The position numbers and the translations under genes are program-made. This document shows, piece after piece, positions 10,561-21,388 of a DNA stretch of 32,954 nt. The notes under the pieces are model-generated. The model ran no database searches and was not told the origin of the DNA. It was given only the letters and a program-made list of their open reading frames with translations. Positions within the stretch are counted from its first letter, which is position 1. Each line of letters opens with the position of its first letter. Source of the stretch: Dicyema japonicum (taxonomy: Eukaryota; Animalia; Dicyemida); the NCBI GenBank assembly GCA_011109175.1, contig RDEW01000020.1:893468-926421 (forward strand), read 5' to 3'.

Positions 10561-10621
10561 ATCGTAGTTGTCGTTCAAGTAGATGCAAGACCGCAATATT
10601 TTTGGGGTCGTTCAACAAATA

Positions 10622-11797
10622 CAGTGGATTTTTCTTTAACGAAAATTCGAATTTATTTATTTTTACACATAAAATCAGTTATTAAAAGTTTTTTTCCTTT
10701 TTTTACATCTAGCATGACATTTCTTAATTTACCCATAATTGGTATATGTGAAGGTGAATTTTGAAGAATAAACCTTTCCATAGTCTCAATTGCGCACATT
10801 GCATCAGCGAAACCAATTTTCTCTATATCGTTATCATTTTTATTCTCTTGATCTTTATCTTCACAAGACTCAATTGTACCCAAAATTTCGTCATCATTGT
10901 TGCTGCAAATTTTATAGGTACAATTTTCATTTTCATTATCATCTGAAACCGGAGAGTCCTCCTTAATAGTAGAGTCATCATTTATCTGCTTTGCCCAATT
11001 GTTAAATGCCTTTTCAAAGCAATTCCTCACTGTCGTTCTTGAAATATCATCCCACGCTTCAATAATCAATGGTATTGCATCAACTAGTTTAAAGCTTCTG
11101 ATTTTTTCATGAAAGTTAATTGTATCTTCTCTTTCAGTTAACGTAATATTCCTCATCAGGAGATTTTTATACTTCGCTTTAAATGATCTGATAATTCCCT
11201 GTTCAAGAGGTTGTATTTTTGAAGTGGTATTCGCGGGTATGAAGAAAAAATCAATTTTACTGAATTTTTTATCACTACAATGAACAGGAGCGCAGTCCAA
11301 CATAAGAAGAATGTTTCGATTTTCATTTTTCATTTTTTCATTAAGATTGTTCATCCAAATTTCAAACAAAATACAATTCATCCATGCTTTTTTGCTGTTG
11401 CCATATGTTAACGGAAGTTTTTCAACATTCAAATTCTTCATCCGACGAGGATTTTTTGATTTTCCAATGATAAATGGGTCTATTTTATCCCCCCAATAAT
11501 TAGTACACAACATAAGTGTAATTCTGTCCTTATAAAACTTTCTTGATGCTCTTACTTCAGATTCAACGTTTTACGTGGCCTGCATTTAAAAAACAATGCG
11601 GTTCCGTCGCAATTAAACACATCTTTGAGATCATAGGATGACATTTTCGATAAAAAATCAGCATGGCTTTCATATAAAAATATAGGATTGACTAATTGTA
11701 CTAGATTTTATTCTAAATTTATTCTTAAAAGAATTAATTCATGTACTTGAAGTTTTAAAATTCGGAAATTTTTTTCGTTAAATTATAAAACGTACTG
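10622..11797 (-). mobile_element. pogo/Tigger-family DNA transposon, deletion derivative with both TIRs and TA target duplication
   Basis: Ends are TA|CAGTGGATTTTTCTTTAACGAAAA (10620 onward) and, as reverse complement, TA|CAGTACGTTTTATAATTTAACGAAAA (from 11799). DDE_1 region: FNCDGTALFFK, RITLMLCTN...PFIIGKSKNPR, KKAWM, LLMLDCAPVH, IQPLEQGIIRSFK (ORF 10653-11513). Most of the N-terminal HTH region is missing. Confidence 0.9.
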
Positions 11798-11819
11798 TAT
11801 ATGTCTCTATTGTAAGTCA

Positions 11820-12345
11820 AGGAGCATGTAGGTTATCATTTAGTCACTCGGTGCGGATCCATGTTCTGCCACGACTACAGAACACCAGGGTCTAGATCAA
11901 GCTATACAGTGTTATCTAAACCTCGGTGCTAGTCATTCATAATAAACCGGACATTTGGTACACGATAAAGAGTCTGGCCAAGTCCTTATCATAGAAGTTG
12001 GCATTACGTCTCAAGACTGTTTGTAGAATTTGGAGGTGGAGAAAAAAGGAAGTATGACTTGCTTGCAAACAAGATGGGGGAGATGTTGGTTGCCATCAAG
12101 GGTTATCTAAAACAGTTGGGGGTAAATATGAAGCTCCAGACCTATATACAATCGACTGTATTTAAGCGGATCCTAGAGAGCCTGATACTGAAGGATATGA
12201 GACAGAGCTCGGAGATGCCATATAGGCAGATGGCTCAATTGTCAAGTTGCTCTCGGAACTGTTTCAGCAACCAGAATCGAACATGCCTGAGGAGGCTGGC
12301 GAGCAGGCAGATAAGGAAGGTTGTTGATTTTAAACATTAGCTTTT
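11820..12345 (+). mobile_element. REL-type (R4/Dong/NeSL-like) non-LTR retrotransposon 3' fragment
   Basis: HLVTRCGSMFCHDY (knuckle end), KPDI(fs)VHDKESGQVLIIEVGITSQD, EK(fs)RKYDLLANKMG, TYIQSTVFKRILESL. Confidence 0.75.
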
Positions 12346-12399
12346 CCGTTGGTTAAATAAACTGAGTTTTGTATTATATTTTATTAATAAGAATTTCAG

Positions 12400-12720
12400 T
12401 TGCATTAAACATGGAAATCATTGAATCGAGGTGGAAACTCTTTGGGTACGTACTTCGTACAGACATAGATGATCCTGCAAGTATAATAATGGTACAAAGA
12501 TTCAACAATGAGAACAGATCCCCCTTTAGAAGGCCGAGGGTCACTCTCCCTGTGGCCCTCAACAAAGATCTTATTAGGATTGGAAAGAAATTGGAATGTA
12601 CAGACCACCTAGAAAACCTACGGTCGCATGTCATGGACAGAGCCCGCAGGAGACGTCTAGTAAAGAGGATCTTAAATTATGTGGTACAAATGGCACCTTA
12701 GATAATATATCTGTGAACAT
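12400..12720 (+). mobile_element. RTE-like non-LTR retrotransposon 3' end
   Basis: RWKLFGYVLR...RRPRVTLPVALNKDL...LENLRSHVMDRARRRRLV matches the RTE C-terminal pattern (RLxWFGHxxR...GRPRxTW...AxDRxxW). Confidence 0.65.
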
Positions 12721-12806
12721 GCGTTTAATAATAATAATTTAATTGATATATTTAAATTGGTTAACCTTAATTAAATACATTTTTATTTAATTAATTAAAA
12801 AAGGTG

Positions 12807-14106
12807 ATGAAACATTCTAAAGATATTCCTGATACTAAAAATGTAGCTATAACTAAAATATTTTAGTTGACGTCGAGTTTCAATTATTATACTGTAAAAG
12901 CACCAAGTAATATAAAAAACATTTCTGGTAAACGTAAAGTTAATGTGGTCCACTTGAATGGGGAACAATTCGATGTGGAGATCACTGTAAGGTTCATTTT
13001 ACTATTTGCAGCCGATGAGTACTATTTTGGATTTGCTAGATGTATTCGTCGAAGAATACAAAATCAAAGATATAGATTATTTTTCATTTTACTATTCATC
13101 AAAGCTCAAAGATAAGGTAACCGATTGACTCAGTTCAGGTCTGGATTGACTCTAAAATTCCCATATGCGAACAAATATCTAAAAGTATGCTTTTTACTTA
13201 CACAGGAATGGCCAAAAACACCAGTTTGCATTTTGGTGTCAAATTTTATGTCCAAAATATCGCTCAAATTCCCGATGAAGTTACTAGGTAATTCGGTAAT
13301 ATCGAATTTAAGAAATTTGTTCTACATGCAAATCAAGAAAGATTTTCGACATAATGGGTATCAGTTACTCTGATTCCAGGCTGAAAGCCTCCGTGAAGAT
13401 GCTCTGTCAGCTCACGGCATATGTAATGCAACGTGAATTCGGGGACTGCTCGGAGACGGTGACTACTACTTACGAAATCGCTATATTTAAAAATAAACTA
13501 ATCGATGATCTGATTATGGCCGACATTCGAAAATTTCATAAGAAGCTCAAGTTCGTGTTCATGTAAATTATTAGAGGAGTTGGGGGTAACGATGCAATGA
13601 TTATGTTTCTGAAAATGTCCCTAAAGCTGCCATTATATGGAATCATGCTTACAAAAGCACACGTTTGTGGTGGACTTAATGTAGCTTTTGAAAAATAGTG
13701 GACTTCTTGGAGTGTCTAGGAGGGGGATCATTTTTTATATGAATAGTACCAGGTTCATAGAAATATTGTGGCCAGAAATCATTAAATTGGAGTCACGTGG
13801 AAACTGCTTTCTTTATTATCAAGGAAGGAGTTGGAAGAGAATAAATATTACATTTTTGATCTAAAAAGCTCCACAGAAGCGAAATATCTGTTAAAATATA
13901 GCACAGAATGCCACTGTTTTTTCAGGTTTTTGTTTTCCCATACGAAAGACTCGGTTTCTATCCAAGCAGCACTATAACCTCCAAACTAAAAACGCTTGTT
14001 CCTAATGACTCTCAAGGTGCTAACAAAGTTAGAAATTAGTCTACATTTGTAGGAATCCATAGACAATGAAGCTTCTAATACTAGAAACTCTGTGAGTCTA
14101 TTCTGA
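12807..14106 (+). CDS. FERM-domain (band 4.1 superfamily) protein, ~9-10 tiny introns; 3' end tentative
   Basis: Splicing 21-25-nt GT-AG introns gives VKFYVQNIAQIPDEVTR|NLFYMQIKKDFRHNG|RLKASVKMLCQLTAYVMQREFGD...AMIMFLKMSLKLPLYG...LLGVSRRGI...EAKYLLKYSTECHCFFR|L, i.e. F1-F2-F3 lobes. There is one apparent 1-nt frameshift near 13812. Confidence 0.85.
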
Positions 14107-14699
14107 AAGTTACAAATTTTTTCAATTCTGTTTTTCTAGCGAATTATCTACTATCGTTGATCCTGTAGCCAATTAGTTTTACTTTTCTTTTATTTGTGAT
14201 TAAGCAGTATTTAAAGTTGTTACTCAATGAATGTTGAGTAAGTAAATAAGTTATTATAAAGAAAAAGCACTGTAAATTAAGTGATGGGGGTAGAATATGA
14301 AACGGTAGGGCATGCCAACGACTTCTACCCGACAGTCTCCCAAAAAAATCCGTAAACACAGGGTCATCTCTGAAGATATGTGCCAGATACTTTAGTGCGA
14401 TTTTTGAAACCTCGAATAAGATTTTCGATAGTTCCGCCAACCTTGCACATGTTTTTTTTTCAACCATAAGGGAATTTGCATACGAGGACTTATTCCGTAA
14501 GCAAGCTTTAGAGCAAAATTTCGCGTTTTCTTAAATTTCTTGAGGATAGTCTATTTTTTTCGAATCGTACCATCCTTCTAAACCGTAATCCCATACTAAT
14601 GTTAAGTAAGTAAACGGTTTGGTTAATAAACCTCTCTTCCTGACAGCACCCTACGCCAATAGATGATTCAGAAGCAACCCTCGATTTAAATTTCAGAAG

Positions 14700-14985
14700 A
14701 ATTATTATTATTATTAGCACTTATCGCTATGTCATAGGACTTGACAAAGCATGTGCAACACGAGTTAGCAAATCACTGGTTAATTTCGTCCACTTTTTCC
14801 TATTCAAAGCCGCAGTGCGTAACCAGTCAAGATCCTCTCCACTTCCAAGATGCCGTCCCATTACTTTGAGGTCCTCGTCGAGAACGACTGGCAGTGGTCA
14901 TCCTTGGGCGACCACGGGAACGGGGGCTTCCAACATGAAGTAATCTTCCATGGCTACGTTCACGGTGGCATCTAGGTCCAGTTGC
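14700..14985 (-). mobile_element. RTE-like 3' end with (TAA)n tail, same family as 12400-12720
   Basis: LDLDATVNVAMEDYF...RGRPRMT(fs)LPVVLDEDLKVMG...DLDWLRTAALNRKKW...*; tail seen as attattattattatt at ~14701-14715 on the + strand. Confidence 0.7.
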
Positions 14986-14989
14986 AGAA

Positions 14990-15848
14990 TGTGGCCGAAA
15001 AGCCTCCTCGCACAACTGTATGTACAATTGTTTCTTCATATCTGAAGGATGGGAAAACCAAATGTTGCAAGCGTGGCGAGGATCATAGAACAATCTTGAC
15101 TGCTGATCATAAAAATTTAATACGGCAGTGGGTTGATGAAGATGAAACAATGACCTTGGGGGCGTTGAAAATAAAACTGTGTGATGAGATGGAGATATCC
15201 GTAAGGGCAAGTACCATCAACCGCTGTTTAAATGAATTTCACTACACAGTGAAAACTCTCAACATTGTTCCTTAGCGAAGATACTGTGAAAGAATCATTG
15301 AGACACGATTGGAATATGGGACAAATTTCCAAGAAATTTTATTTGACGTTGGGGATAGCCGAATAGTTTTTATAGGTGAATTAAGAATTGTGGATCCCTA
15401 CTTCGTTATGGACAACTAAAGGAATTATGGATCCCTATTTCGTCATGGACAATGCTAGGATTCACCATTACAATGGACTTACCGAAGTAATCCAATCCCA
15501 CAACCTCAAGATACTATATCTTCCTCCATACTCACCATTCCTTAATCCAATTTAGAATTTGTTCTCAAAATGGAAGAATTCTGTGAAGAGAGGGGCTGCT
15601 ATTGATGATTTACAGCTAAGACATATCTTTCAAATTGATTCCCCTGAAGACTGTGGAAGATACTTCAGAAGATGAAAGATACATTACGAGAGCAGTTAAT
15701 GGTGAAATTATCGACGAATCAATATTTTTTGTGTTTGACTATTATGTTGAAAAATTAATTTTCTGGCGTTATTGATTGACTATTGTCGTTAGTGATTGAC
15801 TAAGTTCCGATATTGGTTGACGAATTGTCGTTAGTGATATGAAAACCC
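14990..15848 (+). mobile_element. Tc1/IS630-like DNA transposon, 5'-truncated pseudogene with 3' TIR
   Basis: HTH region (PRTTVCTIV...STINRCL...YTVKTL), IVFIGE (D->G), FVMDNARIHH, YLPPYSPFLNPI. The 3' end has repeated ttgtcgttagtgat and terminates ...gaaaaccc|TA at 15848. There is an internal deletion and a short tandem duplication of PYFVMDN. Confidence 0.85.
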
Positions 15849-16109
15849 TATAATAAAACTAAGTGGATAGGCAGCTTAGGAACAGATAATTGCTTTTTGT
15901 AAAAAGAACCAAATCATTTCCTATTAAGCCCTGTGTTCGGGTAATCGTAGAATAAAAGAGATCTTGACGATTAGTCCAAACCTTTCGAAGGAGGAGCCAT
16001 ATTATCGAACTTCTTCATAAACTTCATTACTTTATTCCTAAATTTCAACGATTTTTTAATTATTATTACAGTTCATCAGGTTTTTTATTCGTTTATTTTT
16101 TTCAAAAAC

Positions 16110-16500
16110 ACAAAAATCAATCAAAAATGATCCCGGTGACATTTTTGACGTTACGTTGCCTCTCACGATTGCAACAGAAATCAACTGGAGAAGCCATCTA
16201 GTCTCTGTGCGTCGTGGCTCTTTCAGTGAGATAGGCGTCCCAGTTTCTTTAGGTAACGATGCGATTTCCCGCTTATTCCTTTTGTTGTCTCAACAACAAT
16301 GAGGTAGAACGTGAACCGATCGTGCAACGTTTCCTATTTTTTTCCTTTGCTTTCATTTTTTATGCGCGGCATATAGTGTGTCTACCAGGCTCCCGACAAT
16401 GTTGGATGGGCAAAGGGGGTCGACGCACATCCATACTAAAATCTTCTCCCCCATCGAATGAAAAAATTGTGATTCTGTCTGGCCTTTTTCCGTCACATCA
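16110..16500 (-). mobile_element. CRE-like element 3' end, degenerate
   Basis: GKRPDRITIFSFDGG(fs)ILVWMCVDPLCPSNI...ETRWLLQLISVAIVRGN. Confidence 0.75.
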
Positions 16501-16849
16501 GATTTTTAAATTCTTTCATTTAGTTTTTTTGCCTCTGAGAGATGACTATTAATGTTTTCAATACCTAAACCTCTACTTAGGCAAGATACACATTTTATTT
16601 CAAAAGTCAATGTAAATGTGTCAAAAATGTTGTTAACTTTGTCTTTCTCTGTAGTTGTATTAGTTTTGTAGTGAGAATTTTCGTAAAACCATAAAATATT
16701 CCCAAAGCGAAAAGACTGAGTTTTAAGAACTGCCACGATATGACTTTATTTAAGTGCATATCAGCTCAAATAATTTACACTTTCATGTATGTCTCTATTC
16801 AATGTAAAGTGGAATTTTATTTTAGGAAAATCCAGTTAAACCAATATTA

Positions 16850-17640
16850 CTGCTCGTTTATAGACCTTTCACTTCTTAGAAGAGGAGTCGTTGACCTGAA
16901 ACCCATCCGTTTCCTCCTCACCTGGGATGCCTGGCACGCAATCGAACTGATTTGCTAATTCTACTAGGTGATTGGTTGCTGTAACCAAATCTCCATCGAT
17001 AGTGCACACACCGTATTCTTGAAGGCAGCGGATAGAAGGCATGTTCTATTTGTGCATATATTGCGATGGTTCCCACGTGAGATTTATAAGCATTCAAAAC
17101 AACACTGTCCCATGCTAAAACAATAGGGATGACTTTTACAGGAGCACCATAGTATCAGAAATTATATCTCTGTTAGCATTTAGTGAAATGTCCTCACAGC
17201 AAACACATGGCAGCTCTAAAAGCTTGTCAGAAGCAGATACAATTTCTTCATCGGAGACCTTCATCCCGTGATTGTCTTCAATTAGAATGCTTTCGAGAGT
17301 CTTTTTCAGTACAACTGATTGGATGTAAGTCCTCGTTTCTCCTCCAATAGATAGCTTATTTATATAGTTCTTGAAGATTTCAAGACGTCCCAGAAGCTTG
17401 CTGGTATCAAGGCTTCTGATGGAATTTGTGGAAATCCAGTCGTGGGTCGATTCGGTATATCAACTCGTATCTTAACATTGTATGTTGATAATATTGACAG
17501 AGTCAAATCTAACCTCAACTTTTTTGCTTTATTGATTCTCCGGAGATGAAATCTCCATATTTCACCACTTCATCGTGTCTACGAACATAAGATTCTACCG
17601 CGCCTAGTGGCCAATGATCAACGTTCTTATTATTTTTCAA
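16850..17640 (-). mobile_element. Two adjacent R4/NeSL-like REL 3' fragments, same family as 11820-12345
   Basis: YVRRHDEVVK, NVKIRVDIPNRP, TYIQSVVLKKTLESIL (~17300-17600); then YGAPVKVIPIVLAWDSVV and SAAFKNTVCALS (~16990-17160). Confidence 0.7.
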
Positions 17641-17769
17641 AAAATCCTGTACTCGAGAAAAACAAATTTTTGTCTTTCAGGAGACAGTATAACGCTCCCC
17701 CTTTGACCGTTATTTCTTTGGAGTGCAATGATTTGAAATTAATTTTACAATTAGATATTGCTTCTGGAT

Positions 17770-18008
17770 TGTCTTGAAAGAGTCAATACAGTTTTTTGCC
17801 TCAGTTCGATATTTAGGAGATAGAAATCATGTGAGTGACTGGAAGATGAACCTCAAAGTCGACAATTTATTTCTTTTGATTACTCGCCGGAACCTCGACT
17901 TCCGGATACAAAAGGTTTATTTCTTACCCAAGTATTTAAGGAACCGAAAGAGCTCATTTAAAGGTAACCAAGATCAGTCCTATCCAAAAAGTCTTCCTTT
18001 TTAAATAT
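17770..18008 (+). pseudogene. Possible decayed paralogue of the neighbouring kinase
   Basis: QFFASVRYLGDRNHV-SDWKMNLKV resembles [15 protein letters not shown][HRDLKTENILI]DWKMNLKI with the catalytic loop missing. There is a 22-nt exact match between 17836-17857 and 20308-20329. Confidence 0.3.
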
Positions 18009-18018
18009 AACCTCTATG

Positions 18019-18635
18019 CGGCTGGGACTAAAAGTATGTGTACCTCACCCGTGCCGATGTGGCGTCCTGATAGACTGCTCTGGCCTGCACCCTCTCGCCT
18101 GCAGGAGGAGCGCTGGCAGATCCCCAAGGCACAAGGCTCTGAACGAAATTGTCAGGCGAGCTATGGATGCTGCTGGATACTCGGCCATTCTTGAACCGGT
18201 CGGGTTATGCAGAAGTGACGGGAAACGACCGGACGGGATGACCATATTTCCATTTGAGGCCGGGAAACCACTGGTTTGGGATGTGACATGTACAGACACG
18301 TTCGCCCAGAAAAATCTTCACGAGAGTGCTACAAGGGCCTGTTCAGCCAAACTCGAAGAAGGCCAAACTCGTTAAATACGTCGACCTTCCCGATGATGTC
18401 AAATTTGTTCCCCTTGCTATGGAGACTTCCGGATCCTACTCCCTCTCTACACTCGAGTTTTTCGGACGTTTTGGAAACCGGATCACCTCATGCACTGGAG
18501 ATCTCCGTGAACGCCGCTGGCTATTTGAGCGAATTTCGCTCGCAATTTTGAGAAGGAACAGCCACGCAGTGAGGGCGGCAACTACCTGACTTCTATTGTT
18601 TAAATTTAAAAACTATATAATTAAAAAAAATAAAA
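18019..18635 (+). mobile_element. 5'-truncated CRE-like insertion with A-rich tail and 10-bp TSD
   Basis: HPCRCG...GLHPLACRRSAGRSPRHKALNEIVRRA...LEPVGLCRSDGKRPDG...LVWDVTCTDTF...FVPLAMETSG...ERISLAILRRN...*. AACCTCTATG flanks it at 18009-18018 and 18636-18645. Confidence 0.92.
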
Positions 18636-19800
18636 AACCTCTATGTGCAGGTTTGAGGTACAACGTCAGAGTTGCATGAATTGTCGCATTTGTTGATCAA
18701 TATAATCGAATTCAAAAGGTTCAATATTAAACCGATAATTGTAGAGAGAATTTGCGTAATCATCTGTGGAACAAATTTGCTAAATTTAGTTTTTTCTTTG
18801 AAAGTTATTCTAACATCCTTTATGATAGAGTCAATGCCCTGAGAAGCATTGATTATCTTCTAACATTCCCTAATAACGGTATCCATCGTCCCCAGTCAAG
18901 ATTTTACAACAGGGAAATAAATTCTAATTGTCACTGATTTCTCAATTCCTTAGTAACATCCGTCATGTATTTCGAGATCATCAACAAAAAATAATGAGAT
19001 CCTCTTGATTAGTTAAAAGCTTTGGAAACTTAGAACTAAGGGTTCTGATTTGTGGATTCACCACTAACACGAATAACTGCGCAGAAAACGAATCACCCCG
19101 CGAGATGCAACGCCACAGGAAAAATAGTTCTGTGGACCATCACTCCAGAATGATATACATTCTTGATCTTCAAACCAATATTGCGTAACTTTTTGGTTGT
19201 TTACAAATTTCTGAATAATCTCCTTCGATTCAGTTCATGGCATAAATTATCCTTACTCTTTCCTGGAAATATACGCTGTTGAGGAGAGCCTCTGTCGAAG
19301 GAACACTGTGAAATTATCCATAGGGTTATGATATCAAAGTAAAGGACATTCAGAGGCATAAGCAAGTTATGAGGTTAATATTCTCGCTATCTTGTCCCCA
19401 CAAAGTTTATCTTTCGGTTGTGAGGATATGGGTCTCACGTGCTTGGAGAAATATACAACAACTACCACTATAACGACTTAGATTGGTTTGCTGAACCACA
19501 TCAATTTTACTAGATTGTTAAAAGATCAGGTGGTAGTTCACCCATATTATGGATAAAGCGATTTAGGAGTTAACCTGTGGTCAGCAAACAAATGTCTAAA
19601 ATTGAATAAAATTGAAAATTGATCTTCTAACACTAAAATTAAATAAAATTGATCGAAAATTCGTACGCATCAATGATTTTGTTAATAAATATAAAAATAT
19701 TAATTTTATTTAAAATAAATTTATAATTATGAAATAATTAAATTGTTATAATATTTATCTATGGATACCCAAAATTAATAATTATAAATTAATATTTTCA

Positions 19801-20950
19801 ATGATATCCGATCACTACTACATTCTTTCTAATCTCGGAAAGGGAGACTTTTCTACTGTCAAGTTGGGGATTCACAAACTCACATCCTGTGAGGTAATTA
19901 ATAAACTTATAACCAGGTTGCCATTAAAATTATCAAAACATCTAATCTCAGCCAATTCGGGATTCATCGCCTTTTGAGAGAAATAAATATTTTGAAGTCA
20001 ATCAATCACACCAATGTCGTCAAACTCTACCAGGTCATCAGTTTATTTATTTTAGTTGGTCGAGGATTCTGAACACGTGTATTTGGTACAGGAGTACCTA
20101 AAGAATGGAGAATTATTTGGTTTTTATATTTATTATTCAGAACTTCTTGTTACTTACATTCGAAGGAAAAGGAGACTCACTGAGTACTATGCGAGGGAGT
20201 TGTTCTGTCAAATTCTGTCCGGAGTGTCCTATTTGCACTCAAAGGGGATCGTCCATCGTGATTTGAAGGTTGTCGTCTGTCATAAAGCAGACTGAAAATA
20301 TTTTAATTGACTGGAAGATGAACCTCAAAATAATTGATTTTGGTTTTAGTACGTTCTGCCATCCTAATGAACTATTAACTGAATATTGCGGAAGTCCTTC
20401 TTATGCAGCACCAGAGCTATTCTCAGGGACTCCATACATCGGTCCCCCAGTTGACATTTGGGTAGATTGAGTGAAACATTGTAGAGTATTGGTGTCATTC
20501 TTTACTCCCTCGTGTGTGGATGTCTTCCCTTTGGTGGGGACACAAGTCAGATATTTCACCTAATAATGACAAGACCTATAAGAATTCCATATTTCCTATC
20601 ACGAGGTTCAGTTGAACTTATTTGATAGAAATTGAGGACATTTTGATGAGGATGCTGACTGTTAACCCACAAAAACGGATTAATTTAGAACAAATAGGGT
20701 GTCACCCATGGTTTTTGTCAAACATGCACCGTCCCCAGGTGGACGTAAAATCAATGGAAGTGTCAATCATTGGATCAGTTGCCATGAAAATTATGAAGTT
20801 ATGGGGTACCAGGAAGATGAGCTCTTCAGAGTTGGCTATCCTTATTATTCCAAGCAAATAAATAACATGACTTTCGGGCACATCTCAGCCACTTATTCTT
20901 TACTATGCGATAAGCTGGAAACGAATAAAGAATTCAGGGACAGGAATTAG
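19801..20950 (+). CDS. AMPK-related Ser/Thr kinase (SIK/MARK-like) with UBA domain; 6-7 introns of 21-24 nt
   Basis: [20 protein letters not shown]|[20 protein letters not shown]|[18 protein letters not shown]; UBA-like [10 protein letters not shown]|[17 protein letters not shown]. Example intron: 19894-19916 (23 nt). Apparent 1-nt frameshift at ~20795. Confidence 0.88.
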
Positions 20951-21087
20951 TCATTTTCTTAGGGAGAATGGGCATAATCATATATTTTATTCTAATTCGG
21001 TATGTTTAACTGCAATTATGCGCGTGCGTCAGTGTACTACCTCAGTGCATAATAATCAATTTTTTTACGTCACAACTTATTCCCTAG

Positions 21088-21369
21088 TTCACACGTGTGG
21101 AGAAATTTATGGAGGAGTTAATCCGAGAGTGTTTGATGCCACCTCCCCAGAATGCTGATTTGAGAACATACACACCTCAAATTTATTTCAGAGGCCAGTC
21201 CTTCACAAATCTTGCAATCAATCAACAGACTAATATGATTCCTTTCTACTACAAACGAAGGACTTCTGATGGAGGAATGCTTAATCAGGGATTCTCCGTC
21301 AGTCAGGAGACTAACCCACTTGTAAGAGAACACGGATATTATCACATTGATGACAAATTTGAATATTAA
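21088..21369 (+). CDS. Probable C-terminal exon of the SIK-like kinase
   Basis: Preceded by a candidate 19-nt intron (gtcacaacttattccctag). The ORF contains KRRTSDGG, resembling the SIK-family RRASD(G) PKA/14-3-3 site. The link to upstream exons is unresolved. Confidence 0.5.
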   Translation, partial: FTRVEKFMEELIRECLMPPPQNADLRTYTPQIYFRGQSFTNLAINQQTNMIPFYYKRRTSDGGMLNQGFSVSQETNPLVREHGYYHIDDKFEY

Positions 21370-21388
21370 AACTTGTTTATTTAAAATG

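Noticed and set aside
14144-14720. Minus-strand host gene (EERFINQ...KFCSKAC, faintly RPAP2/Rtr1-like zinc finger)
   Set aside because: There is an in-frame TAA just before the motif, I could not find a consistent splice model, and the resemblance is too short to support.
18650-19620. Possible degenerate non-LTR RT (…SFGCEDMGLTCLE… resembling GGLGL)
   Set aside because: No RT catalytic motif is recoverable in any frame, so it is left unannotated.
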